DNA from: a virus
Length of the DNA: 64,000 nucleotides
Reading direction: 5' to 3' (one strand)
Virus record (IMG/VR): IMGVR_UViG_3300042566_000478
Span: 27,770 to 91,769 of that record
The position numbers and the translations under genes were made by a program. Shown in pieces: positions 38,002-47,247 of the stretch; position 1 is the first letter of the stretch, and the number at the start of each line of letters is the position of its first letter. Below the pieces are notes generated by a model. It was given only the letters and a program-made list of their open reading frames with translations. It was not told the origin of the DNA and made no database searches.

Positions 38002-39567
38002 CTAATTGAAAAAGGGGTTCTCGCCAACTTGGATAGTAGGCATTGCGTCATACACAGTCATTGCACAGGCAAGAGCCAATGAGTCTGGGTAGTCGTCAAA
38101 CGCACCCTTCTCATTTGGGGCTTCAGCCAGCATGTATGGACCACGATAAACCTTTTCTAGGTCATTCATTTGTTGATTAAAGCGTTTCCATGAACGGGTA
38201 CGGCGAGCCTTAGAGTGTCCTGGGATTACTAACTGCTCACGTTGAATCAATTCCGTCAGGTGTACCCATCGTTCGTTTTGGTTTTTAGCATCAGAAGTCA
38301 TAGCAATAACTTCTATATTTGGCAACAAAATCTTAAGGCGTTCCGCTACAGCACCACCAACACCTTGTGAGTCCACGCCAATACGAAGCACATCATAGTT
38401 ACGCAAGAAGTCAATAATTTGAAAGTATTGTTGTTCCCACTCTTGGTCGTTAATTTCCAACCAGTTGAGAATACGGTGTTCGTAGAACCCGAATGGGTCT
38501 GGATGGTCCCAGTCAACCCAGCAGACAGTTACTACTGTGGAGTCATTGGAACGAGCAACGTCAATACCAACCACTACAGGGGTTCTCCACCATTGTTTGA
38601 CCAGTGGCATAGACGGGTCATAAAGTCTTTCCATTCTTTCTTCAGTAACGAACATTCCCTTTTCCAGCATCCATCGGTTGCAATACGACATCTGGAATTC
38701 GTCAGAATCTTCACCAATGCGGAGTTTTTCTTTGGCAATAAATTTCCCGTAGTTAGCGTTGTACTTTGAAGCAACTTTGTAATCGTACTCAAAATGGCAA
38801 TCCCTAATTACTTTTCTACTTTGATTAACACGCCGTTTGTTGTATTGAATCATCTTGTAGAAGTAGGACTTGTTACGGGAAGCCGTTCCAGTAAGCATGA
38901 TACTTCCGTTGTTAAACGCCAACATCGGCTTGATTGATTTGGTAATCATAAACTCATCGGCTTCCTGAGCCTCGTCAATAAGCACAAAATGGTAGGTTTT
39001 TGATTCAATCTTTGCCTTTGGGTTACAGGTCTGCATTCGGCAGATAGAACCAGAGCGCTTCATGGTGATGATTTTTCCCTTACCACGAGTACCACCAGAG
39101 GTAGCCTTGTCATCCAGTTCAGGGTCAAGAAGAAAACCAAGGGCGTGTTCGCTAGTCAAACGACTTACGATACGACTAAACACGGTGTCTGCTTGGTCTT
39201 CAGTTGGCGCAAACACTCCCACCCAAAAACCTTTCTCAAACTTAGACAGCCAGGTTGGGTAGATGTTTGAAAGTTTTGGAAGAATGACCATCATTGATGC
39301 AAGTACGTTAGAAAGAACTTCTGACTTACCAGACTGACGAGTTGCGATAAGAGTTATTTCTTCACCGTCACCCAAAACAATGGACTCAATAATTCTGTAC
39401 GCAATAGGAATTTGGTACGGGAACAACTCAACATCGCAAAACTGCTCAGTAAAAAGAACCAGTTTTGTAACTAACTGGTCAACAAACTCAGCCGAGGTTT
39501 CGTCAAGTTCTTCAACAATCTCTTCGGCTAGTAACTCTTGTTCTTGGTCCAATAGGGAATCCGACAT
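38002..39567 (-). CDS. terL: Terminase large subunit
   Basis: RQSGKS Walker A, LIDEAQ Walker B, LTGT, GIDVA, DDYPDS nuclease. Confidence 0.93.
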   Translation of the reverse strand: MSDSLLDQEQELLAEEIVEELDETSAEFVDQLVTKLVLFTEQFCDVELFPYQIPIAYRIIESIVLGDGEEITLIATRQSGKSEVLSNVLASMMVILPKLSNIYPTWLSKFEKGFWVGVFAPTEDQADTVFSRIVSRLTSEHALGFLLDPELDDKATSGGTRGKGKIITMKRSGSICRMQTCNPKAKIESKTYHFVLIDEAQEADEFMITKSIKPMLAFNNGSIMLTGTASRNKSYFYKMIQYNKRRVNQSRKVIRDCHFEYDYKVASKYNANYGKFIAKEKLRIGEDSDEFQMSYCNRWMLEKGMFVTEERMERLYDPSMPLVKQWWRTPVVVGIDVARSNDSTVVTVCWVDWDHPDPFGFYEHRILNWLEINDQEWEQQYFQIIDFLRNYDVLRIGVDSQGVGGAVAERLKILLPNIEVIAMTSDAKNQNERWVHLTELIQREQLVIPGHSKARRTRSWKRFNQQMNDLEKVYRGPYMLAEAPNEKGAFDDYPDSLALACAMTVYDAMPTIQVGENPFFN

Positions 39568-39588
39568 ACCCTACAAGCCTACCCTAAT

Positions 39589-39825
39589 TTAGAAAAGTGA
39601 TAACTGGTCTGGATTATTCGGGGCGTACATACGGCGGTTAGCCTCTACCTCATCCACCATCTTTTCTATCTGAAGTAGGAAATCGTGCATGTCTTCCGTA
39701 TCCGCAATTAGTCGGTAATCAACCCGTTTTAGCAACCCATTGTGTGGGAACGCTTGAACACGAACTGCTAGGTCATTTGCTAGCCCAATAGTTCTGTCCA
39801 TCTTAAGTTCTTCTGGTGCTCTCAT
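39589..39825 (-). CDS. Hypothetical protein ending in QLSLF
   Basis: Start moved to MRAPEE (ATGA overlap). Confidence 0.6.
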   Translation of the reverse strand: MRAPEELKMDRTIGLANDLAVRVQAFPHNGLLKRVDYRLIADTEDMHDFLLQIEKMVDEVEANRRMYAPNNPDQLSLF

Positions 39826-40064
39826 TGTTTTCTCTTTTCTATCTCTGACCAAATAACTTGTAAGGCTTCTACACAATCATTTACTTCACTTGCTGGGGCA
39901 TCTCTAAATCTCCACGCATCAAAAGAAGCACCCAAAGCCATGATTGAGTTATCCATCCAACCGTACAAAGAAGAGTTATCTAACTTAGCGGCTCGTTGTT
40001 GCGCCTTACTTGGTGGAAGTTTATCATGCGATTTTTCTTCCTTTTTAAATATCCCTAGTGCCAC
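39822..40064 (-). CDS. Hypothetical protein
   Basis: Coupled ORF. Confidence 0.6.
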   Translation of the reverse strand: MALGIFKKEEKSHDKLPPSKAQQRAAKLDNSSLYGWMDNSIMALGASFDAWRFRDAPASEVNDCVEALQVIWSEIEKRKQ

Positions 40065-40324
40065 TGTTTAATCTCCTCTATTGTTGTGTCCATCTCACGA
40101 CCACCTAACGCAAATAATAGTCCTTCTTTTTCACTCTTGATTTCGTTACGTCTACACAACCCAAATTGAAACAAGTACTTACCAAACCGTAATTGCGGTC
40201 CCTTACCTTTACGCCAGTACCCACCGAGTTCTTGACATGTACCCATTGCGATATGTGGGATATTAGGTGTACCAGTATCACGGACAATCCAATAGACAAA
40301 CCAAATTCCACGAACTATATTCAT
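40055..40324 (-). CDS. Hypothetical protein
   Basis: Coupled ORF. Confidence 0.6.
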   Translation of the reverse strand: MNIVRGIWFVYWIVRDTGTPNIPHIAMGTCQELGGYWRKGKGPQLRFGKYLFQFGLCRRNEIKSEKEGLLFALGGREMDTTIEEIKQWH

Positions 40325-40342
40325 GGGGGTAGATACTAGTCG

Positions 40343-40903
40343 TTATCGCCAATCAAGTGGGAGTTGGTATTGCCTGGTGTCTTGCTGTTCAACATCAGGG
40401 AACCCTTGGTCTTCTTGCTGTTGGCTAAATGCTCCGTACTGCAACTTCCTACCCAATGGCGTTGCTTGCGGCCTGTTGAAATGGTCTGGGTCAAAGTCAA
40501 CATAACCACCACTCATACCACCAGTGTTAAATGTTTTACCTTTTGAAAGAGCCTCATAGAAACGCTTGGCTTGGTAAACAGGGACATTGTTAAACACGTA
40601 CTTAGTTGGGTTTTTTCTACCCTTCTTTCCACGGAAGTCCATGTAGATATCACCAACCATAGTTTCTGGGTTAAAGAAATACTGGACAAAAGTAAAGCGA
40701 GTGCTGTCTTGTCCGTTTGTTCTTTCACCTAACATGTCTGGCGTTGCATTGTCCACGCCACCTGTACTAGCAACCCAGGGGTCAAAGCATTCTTCCTCGT
40801 TAAACAAGGCTTGCTTTGTTTGCTCGTCAGAAAGGGCAAACGCCTGCAAAGAGTCCTTGATTCTTGCCCTACCTGCGTTTCCTAAACCTCGTGCTCTAGC
40901 CAT
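40343..40903 (-). CDS. KTSC-domain-like protein
   Basis: F......Y.F.NVP.....F..A.SKG..FN. Confidence 0.65.
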   Translation of the reverse strand: MARARGLGNAGRARIKDSLQAFALSDEQTKQALFNEEECFDPWVASTGGVDNATPDMLGERTNGQDSTRFTFVQYFFNPETMVGDIYMDFRGKKGRKNPTKYVFNNVPVYQAKRFYEALSKGKTFNTGGMSGGYVDFDPDHFNRPQATPLGRKLQYGAFSQQQEDQGFPDVEQQDTRQYQLPLDWR

Positions 40904-40910
40904 GCACCAA

Positions 40911-41492
40911 TTATAGTTTGTTATTAACCTTTAGGCAGAATTGCCAGTAATACTTACCAACAACAGGCCATTCAATTTGGCTCTCTGCATCAAACCATGA
41001 TTTTCCTGCTGGGTTATTAGGTATCACATCAAATAAATTGACAACATTGTTAAACTCCAATGAATTTAACAATTTCTCAACTCTTGACTCATGACAATTC
41101 CAATGGTGGTGAGCGCCATCCCACCATTCCAATCCAGGAACATGTGTATCAGGGACATCTAAATGCTCCATAACTGACTCCACCAACCACCACGGCTCTA
41201 AACCCTCTTTCCAGCGTTTAATAGTTCTATGAACATCTGGACCAACGACAAGCATTGGAGCATTGGGTTTAGCAATACGTTGCATGTCTTTGAGGAATGT
41301 AGACACCTCTAACCAAGGAATGTGCTCCAGCACATGACCCATGTAGATAGCATCAAACGTATTATCTTCAAACGGATACGGTTTACCAGGGGCTACCTTG
41401 ACATCTGGTTTGGTGTCATCTGTTTCCCATGTATCTGTATTTACCCAACCTTGTGCGTAATGGGTTCCACAACCAACATTTAAAAGTTTCAT
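40911..41492 (-). CDS. Class I SAM-dependent methyltransferase
   Basis: LLNVGCG, PFEDNTFDAIYMGHVLEH, RIAKP. Confidence 0.85.
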   Translation of the reverse strand: MKLLNVGCGTHYAQGWVNTDTWETDDTKPDVKVAPGKPYPFEDNTFDAIYMGHVLEHIPWLEVSTFLKDMQRIAKPNAPMLVVGPDVHRTIKRWKEGLEPWWLVESVMEHLDVPDTHVPGLEWWDGAHHHWNCHESRVEKLLNSLEFNNVVNLFDVIPNNPAGKSWFDAESQIEWPVVGKYYWQFCLKVNNKL

Positions 41493-42256
41493 GAAACAGG
41501 ACCACCTTCTAGTGGGAAATACCACCCACCATTATTATTTTTTGCTGTTGGCATATCTTGACGGTGATTGATTCCTGAATAGTGAGCAATCAAAGATTTA
41601 CGTGGCATACCAACAACATTAGGCTCAGAACCACGATGTAATAACCTACCATGCCAAAACAACACATCACCACGCTCTGGCAGATACGTGATTACTTCAG
41701 CGTTACGTTTCTCAATCTCTGCTTCAAACAATGGGGTAAGTAGTCGTTCACTATGTTTGGGCCATGTATGGTCTTGCTCATCTGGACTAAGTGCAGCAAG
41801 AATCTTTTCCCTAGTAACTGTAGGCCACCTGTGTGAACCACGAACAAATTGAAAAGGTCCAGAGTCTGGGTGAATGGTTTCAAGAGCAATCCAGATAGCA
41901 GCATAATAGTCACCAACATGGTCTGGATTTAAATAAGAATCTTGATGCCAATTACGGCGAGTAGTAACCCACCCCGTTAGATTTAAATGAAGACCAGCAG
42001 GTTCACCAATAAGGTCTTGCATAGTATTAGTAATTCCACTGTAAGTAAGAATATCCATCACTTCTGGATGTCTGCGATACGGTGTGCAATCAGGCCACCC
42101 ACCAGGTCGCTCGGAGTTATTCTCTAACCAACATTGTTCATAATTGACCATCAACTCTTCTGGAACAAAGTTTTTCTTAATAACAAATCCGTCTGCATTC
42201 CAATCCATTGGGCCAATGGGGGGAGCAGGTATCGTTAGGTCATCTAGGGTAATCAT
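41489..42256 (-). CDS. PhyH-family 2OG-Fe(II) dioxygenase
   Basis: DGFVI, WHQD, WIALE...GP...VRGSH, GDVLFWHGRLLHRG. Confidence 0.9.
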   Translation of the reverse strand: MITLDDLTIPAPPIGPMDWNADGFVIKKNFVPEELMVNYEQCWLENNSERPGGWPDCTPYRRHPEVMDILTYSGITNTMQDLIGEPAGLHLNLTGWVTTRRNWHQDSYLNPDHVGDYYAAIWIALETIHPDSGPFQFVRGSHRWPTVTREKILAALSPDEQDHTWPKHSERLLTPLFEAEIEKRNAEVITYLPERGDVLFWHGRLLHRGSEPNVVGMPRKSLIAHYSGINHRQDMPTAKNNNGGWYFPLEGGPVS

Positions 42257-43335
42257 AATGCTGAGATTTTCTCCATTACTTCATTCCAATCAAAGCCACG
42301 TTTTTCCATTGAAAACTGCTCTTTAACTACTTCGTAGTTTACCATTGCTTCATCTTTACGCATGTTTGGGTCAAGTAGTTCCTTTAGGTGGTACTTCCAC
42401 TCCTCTGGAGTTTTGGCAATACGCCCTACCCCAGCATCCGCAAGGTATTGATATTCAGGTGAATATGATGCAATAAAAGGAACACCAGCAGCGACATACT
42501 CAAGTCCCTTGATAAAAGACTTTGCATGATTGAACTCAACATTGTTTAGGGGAACTAAACCAACGTCTATAGGTGGGAACAACTTAGGGTAATCAAGAAT
42601 TGGAGCCATCGGCATAATTGTTGATTTCTGTCGGTAATGCCCAAGTTGTGAATATGCAAAAGGCGCATCTGGTGTGTGACCAGAGTGATGAAAAGTTAAG
42701 TTATGTTGTTTTAAAAACTTAGGAACGTGTGGATTAAGGCTTTCTAAGTCACTAGACCGCCAAGGTGTAGCACCAACCCAACCAACAACGGGAGAGCGTT
42801 TTGCTTTGTCTTTACGCATCTTCCAACGGTCAACATCTATTCCGTTGCGGATTAGAAACACATTTTTTCTTTTTTTAGAATAGAATTCATACAAAAATGG
42901 AGTAGATGTGATTACCGCATCTGCTTCATTAATCATGTGGAAATAGTGGTCACGGTTATTTTCTGGGTGTAGTTTTGGGTCAGTAGCCGCATACGCACGG
43001 TTAGTTGGCTCAAGACCTTCAAAAAAGTCGTCAATATCAACAACGATTTTTTGTCCTTTTTTCTTTGCTTCCTTTACCATGTCAGTGATTTCTTTACGCA
43101 TCACCAATTTAAATACGAGGATTTCCCACCCGTGAATGGCTTTGTCGTTAGCGACAATTAATCCGTAACCGTGGTCTTCGTGCCAGCGTGGAAACCCCAT
43201 ACCAACACGCCACTCAAACTTCTCCAACTCTTTCATAGGAAGAAAACAGCGATACCACGCACAACCGTTTGGTTGTAGTGGCTTTGTCCCGTGCGCCCAA
43301 TCGTATGTCAAAAACCCAATCGTTTTGTTACCCAT
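42253..43335 (-). CDS. Glycosyltransferase (GT-B, GT4-like)
   Basis: YRC..P, VVDIDD, NGID, VGWVG, DVGLVPL...FN.AKS.IK.LEY.AAGVP.IAS. Confidence 0.88.
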   Translation of the reverse strand: MGNKTIGFLTYDWAHGTKPLQPNGCAWYRCFLPMKELEKFEWRVGMGFPRWHEDHGYGLIVANDKAIHGWEILVFKLVMRKEITDMVKEAKKKGQKIVVDIDDFFEGLEPTNRAYAATDPKLHPENNRDHYFHMINEADAVITSTPFLYEFYSKKRKNVFLIRNGIDVDRWKMRKDKAKRSPVVGWVGATPWRSSDLESLNPHVPKFLKQHNLTFHHSGHTPDAPFAYSQLGHYRQKSTIMPMAPILDYPKLFPPIDVGLVPLNNVEFNHAKSFIKGLEYVAAGVPFIASYSPEYQYLADAGVGRIAKTPEEWKYHLKELLDPNMRKDEAMVNYEVVKEQFSMEKRGFDWNEVMEKISAL

Positions 43336-43341
43336 AAACCT

Positions 43342-43518
43342 CTACTCTTCGTCTGTGTCACTACCCTTTCCAGCGACAGCAACGAAGTGTACAACAAGTC
43401 CAGCCACAGTAATCCACACACCCCAAGTTAGGGTTTGCCCAGACAGGGTAATAAGGACCATGCCAGTTCCAGCCAGTGTCCAAACCAGCCCATGTACTTC
43501 ATTCCAAAGTCTTTTCAC
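43342..43518 (-). CDS. Two-TM small membrane protein, 58 aa, not in the ORF track (MKRLWNEVHGLVWTLAGTGMVLITLSG...)
   Basis: GTG start with AAGGAG RBS; two hydrophobic helices. Confidence 0.7.
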   Translation of the reverse strand: MKRLWNEVHGLVWTLAGTGMVLITLSGQTLTWGVWITVAGLVVHFVAVAGKGSDTDEE

Positions 43519-43598
43519 AATGCTCCTTAGTAGAAGGTCGTTTTGCCTATTTGCGCTTGTCTACGGGCCTCCTAGGAGGCTCTACGGGGATTGTGGAG

Positions 43599-45176
43599 TT
43601 ATCGTCTACGACTAGAAACAACTGGTGCAGGCAGTATAAATGATACCGTAGTGGCGGCTACTACAACACGGCGTACCCCTACAGATACCGTAGAATCCGT
43701 AGGAACATAGTTATCAAAGCCACCTTCAAAGACGTTAATTTCTTCTTCAAAGGCTTCTTTTACTTCGGTTGGCGCATCTTGTACAGCATCAACAATTGCT
43801 TGTGCTTGTTCGCTAGTTAACTCGCCAGTATCTACTGTGGCGAAAATCTCAGTTGCTTGGTTAGCAGTTACGTTTTCCAGAACGGCTGCGCTGGTAGCAA
43901 GTTCAGTTGCCTGGTCGCTAGAGATTTCTGTAGCCAAGATGGTGTCCACAACTTCTTGAACTTGTTCTTGGGTAATGTTGTCTGACTCCAAAATACCCAA
44001 TACTTCTTCAAGAACTTCTGGAGTTATCTCTTCAAGGGTATCCAGGTTCTCAACCACGGCATCAACAATGGCTTGAACTTGTTCTTCCGTGATGTTGTCT
44101 GAGTTAAGAGCGTCTACAACCTCGGACAAAATCTCTGGAGTAATTTCTGTAATGTCAGTCAATTCTTCAACTACAGCAATTACTTCTTCTTCAACAACAA
44201 TCTCTTCAGGGGTAGTTGTAATTGTGGTTTCTTCTACTGTAGTATCAGGATATGTTTCAGTTGTTGTGGTTTCTGGCTCAGTCATTTCTGGCTCTGGCTC
44301 AGTTGTCGTGGTTGTTTCTTCTACAGGCATCTCTTCTATATAAGGTTCCTCTACTACTGTTGTTGTGGTTCCTGTTGGTACTTCCACGACAATTTGAGGC
44401 ACGGAGGTGGTCGTAGATGAAGTTGTTGTTGTGGTGCTTGTTGTATTCTCCACTAACGTGGTACTTGTTTCTGGCACTGTCGTGGAAGTCGTGGAAGTCG
44501 TGGAAGTCGTTGAGGAGGTCGTAGATGTTGACTGCTCTGGCGGTAGTGTCGTGGTCGTTGTTGATTCTGGCAATGTTGTTTGGGGTACGGAAGAAGTCGT
44601 AGTTGACTGAGGAATAGTTGTACTTGTAGTACTTGTAGTACTTGTAGTACTAGTAGTTGTAGTCGTTGACGATGTTGTAGAACTGGTGGTTGTTGATTCA
44701 GCAAGACCATTCCATAGAGATAAATTGCTAATTGTCAGATGCCCAGGTTGGCAGCAAGAATCAGTGGAGTACTGACGAAACGTAAAAATGTCACCCTCTT
44801 CAACGGGTACAGTCATGGTTCCCGTTGCATTGTTTTGTTGTGTAATCAAGGTGTATACACCGTTGATGCCGTACTGTGGTGGGTCATACACCCAACCATC
44901 GTTGGTTTGATATGCCCAAGTGAAATCTATTGTGTCCACATTGGCAGGAATTGTGGTTTCAATTTTCACCCAATGCGATTGACCTCCACACCCACCATCG
45001 TTAGGACCATGCAAGATGATGGTGTCATTTATGACTTCTATTGAGCCATTACAGGATGCTGATTGACTGTATGTCCAGTTTCCAAGAGCATCTGCTTTAA
45101 CGGAAGTGACTGGTGCAAACCAAGCCAAAAGCGCTACGGGAAAGTAAAACCAAAATCCTTTGCGTAGTTTAGGCAC
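43599..45176 (-). CDS. Exported mucin-like Ser/Thr-rich surface protein
   Basis: Signal peptide (VKA-D), beta domain, Thr/Ser/Pro/Glu stalk, acidic helical repeats, hydrophobic C-terminus ending RRR. Confidence 0.75.
   Translation of the reverse strand: MPKLRKGFWFYFPVALLAWFAPVTSVKADALGNWTYSQSASCNGSIEVINDTIILHGPNDGGCGGQSHWVKIETTIPANVDTIDFTWAYQTNDGWVYDPPQYGINGVYTLITQQNNATGTMTVPVEEGDIFTFRQYSTDSCCQPGHLTISNLSLWNGLAESTTTSSTTSSTTTTTSTTSTTSTTSTTIPQSTTTSSVPQTTLPESTTTTTLPPEQSTSTTSSTTSTTSTTSTTVPETSTTLVENTTSTTTTTSSTTTSVPQIVVEVPTGTTTTVVEEPYIEEMPVEETTTTTEPEPEMTEPETTTTETYPDTTVEETTITTTPEEIVVEEEVIAVVEELTDITEITPEILSEVVDALNSDNITEEQVQAIVDAVVENLDTLEEITPEVLEEVLGILESDNITQEQVQEVVDTILATEISSDQATELATSAAVLENVTANQATEIFATVDTGELTSEQAQAIVDAVQDAPTEVKEAFEEEINVFEGGFDNYVPTDSTVSVGVRRVVVAATTVSFILPAPVVSSRRR
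44478..44670. repeat. 9-bp tandem repeats encoding (TTS)n in the mucin stalk
   Basis: GTCGTGGAA x3 and TTGTAGTAC x3. Confidence 0.7.
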
Positions 45177-45191
45177 GGCCCATTATAGCCG

Positions 45192-45419
45192 TTACCACTT
45201 ACCTAGGGGGCAGGTTGCTTGAAGCAACTTCGTTTTTGATGCCATTAAACAACCACATTGCTTACATTGTTTAGTTAAGGAAATAAGTTCGGGACATTTG
45301 TTACAAGTATCCATACGTGCTTCTGCAACTTCTTCTGATGCACGTTCTACATTTGGGTTCAACATATCCCAAGGTCGTGTAGTTCCTAACTTTTTTTTGT
45401 ATTCCTGCCAAGCATTCAT
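45192..45419 (-). CDS. Small Cys-rich protein (DUF6171-like)
   Basis: R...C..C......C..CGC....K......CP.GKW. Confidence 0.7.
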   Translation of the reverse strand: MNAWQEYKKKLGTTRPWDMLNPNVERASEEVAEARMDTCNKCPELISLTKQCKQCGCLMASKTKLLQATCPLGKW

Positions 45420-45634
45420 TGCGGTGATTTAAACTCCCCGTTTTCGTATGTCCAACCATACATATTTGTTCCTTGTAAGTTTTCAGGTAACTCAACAATC
45501 TTAGGGTCAGAGGACATAACAGCAATCAAATATTCTAGTTCAAGTGCTACTGTCTGTACCCAAGCAACTTCACCATCAACTATAAATGTGTACCAACGCA
45601 TTGGTTTATTTGGGTCAAATTCTTTTTGTTCCAT
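45416..45634 (-). CDS. Small fibre-associated hypothetical protein
   Basis: FIVDGEV...SDPKIVE...GWTYENGEF..P, a tail-fibre-chaperone-like ending. Confidence 0.55.
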   Translation of the reverse strand: MEQKEFDPNKPMRWYTFIVDGEVAWVQTVALELEYLIAVMSSDPKIVELPENLQGTNMYGWTYENGEFKSPQ

Positions 45635-45643
45635 GACCGTATA

Positions 45644-46141
45644 TTAGCACCTGTGACAAGGGTGTCCACAACAACTACTGTACCCACCTGGGGAACAGGC
45701 ATACCAAGAACCAATTGCGGCATTACAGCCAATGCATGGGTTTGGTGACCCTGCGTAATGAATAATATCGTAACAAACAATGTTGTTATTACCGAAAATA
45801 AAGCAGGTTCCGCAGTTTCCACCTTCTGTAGTTGTGAATGCGTATGTGCAAGAAGCACAACTTGGAATAGATGTGCCAACTACAGTTCCTGTACTAGAGG
45901 TAGCAAACCCCGTGCGTGATGCGAAAACTGATGCTATTGATGAAGACCCATTCCCCAACCCTGATGCTGTCAGTGTGCTACCAGAGCGAGTAATGCTTCC
46001 TGTGTTTACGCTTATATTGTATGTATTATCAGCGTTATAATTTGTAATAGTTGCTGTCCAACCACCGTTTGCTGCTGTAGTTGCACTAAATGTAGGAGTA
46101 TCTAGTTTAATTTCGGCGGAACCAACGCCTAATATTTGCAT
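45644..46141 (-). CDS. Putative fibre-tip adhesin 2: FN3-like domain + 12-Cys C-terminal domain
   Basis: Start moved to MQILGV; beta-sandwich pattern then SCASC...CCGHPCHRC. Confidence 0.6.
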   Translation of the reverse strand: MQILGVGSAEIKLDTPTFSATTAANGGWTATITNYNADNTYNISVNTGSITRSGSTLTASGLGNGSSSIASVFASRTGFATSSTGTVVGTSIPSCASCTYAFTTTEGGNCGTCFIFGNNNIVCYDIIHYAGSPNPCIGCNAAIGSWYACSPGGYSSCCGHPCHRC

Positions 46142-46143
46142 GA

Positions 46144-46842
46144 CTATGCCACCAAGTTGCCGAGAAGCACCCACTCATCAGTGTTGATTTTTAACAACGT
46201 AGCAAGGGAATAACGACCATTTAACTTGTACTTGTCTCCTTGTGAGCGCATTGTTGCACTAGTGGAAATAGTTACCTGACCAGTTCCCAATTGCAACACG
46301 TTTACTTGGTCACCAATTTGAAATGCTTGCGAGGAGTTAACTGGGATAGTTAAAGTGACTGGAGAAGAACTATCAAACACAACTACCTTGTGTGCGTCTG
46401 CCAACACCAGTGAATAGTTTCCTGTTTTTGCGGCTGGAATAGTAAGAGCAGTAAGGGCTGCTGAACCAACGGAACGGTCACCTACTACGTTCTTTGATAA
46501 AAGTTCCCAGGTATTAGCGCTACGCTTAACAAGCGTTGCTGAAGCCCACTGCCCATTGAGGGACAGTGAGCCATTGAAACCGTTAAGTGTGACACCACCT
46601 GCTGCTGAGAAAGTCACAATTCCAGCACCAGTCTGAACCACCTCCATAACATCACCGTCATAAAATGCTGTGGTTGAATCAGCAGGTACGGTTACTGTTA
46701 CTGCACTGGAATTATTAAACTCCAAAATCTTTCCACGGTCATCAAACATAAGGGTATATGTAGTGCCAGATTGGGCGTTAATCGGGCGGTTAATACCCGT
46801 TAAATCCCTAGTTGCGCTTACCTCAGAAAGGCGTGAAATCAC
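46144..46842 (-). CDS. Short fibre protein with two copies of the fibre C-terminal adaptor domain
   Basis: Both halves match the C-terminus of 51825..56261 (Y.L...D..K....T.T.P......F..G.....Q.G.G...W..ATL.K...W.L). Confidence 0.75.
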   Translation of the reverse strand: MISRLSEVSATRDLTGINRPINAQSGTTYTLMFDDRGKILEFNNSSAVTVTVPADSTTAFYDGDVMEVVQTGAGIVTFSAAGGVTLNGFNGSLSLNGQWASATLVKRSANTWELLSKNVVGDRSVGSAALTALTIPAAKTGNYSLVLADAHKVVVFDSSSPVTLTIPVNSSQAFQIGDQVNVLQLGTGQVTISTSATMRSQGDKYKLNGRYSLATLLKINTDEWVLLGNLVA

Positions 46843-47168
46843 GAAATTTCTACTCCAAAGATTGAAAAGGAAAGGTTGGCGCTAGATGCGTAAATTGTCA
46901 CCACATCTGTAGTTGCCAAGGTAAAGCCAACGCTCAAAGTAGCGGTGTCCTTTGGCAAGATGTTTGCATCGTAAATGATGTAGTGCTGGTTAGCAATTGA
47001 CGTACCAGAAGGGCGAATAGCCACACGGTAGGTGGCTGCTGAAGTACCACGGTTGCACACGGACAGCGTTGAAACCACTACCGATTTACCAGCACCTACG
47101 GTGAGGAGGTCGGTATTAGTAGTTGCTGACGGTGCAGATTGGGCAAGAACCTTATATGCTTGGGCCAC
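46839..47168 (-). CDS. Small beta-rich virion/fibre connector protein
   Basis: YKVLAQSAPSATT...VCNR...FGVEIS. Confidence 0.6.
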   Translation of the reverse strand: MAQAYKVLAQSAPSATTNTDLLTVGAGKSVVVSTLSVCNRGTSAATYRVAIRPSGTSIANQHYIIYDANILPKDTATLSVGFTLATTDVVTIYASSANLSFSIFGVEIS

Positions 47169-47247
47169 GGGCGCTCCTTAAAAGTCTGTAATGGTCCCTA
47201 TTTTATCATGGAAGCATCCCGTGGTGTCCATGTTGTAGCCTCTAGAA

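Noticed and set aside
43567-43580. Perfect 14-bp palindrome GCCTCCTAGGAGGC flanked by CTACGGG repeats
   Set aside because: Single occurrence with no U-tract; I cannot distinguish an operator or terminator from chance.
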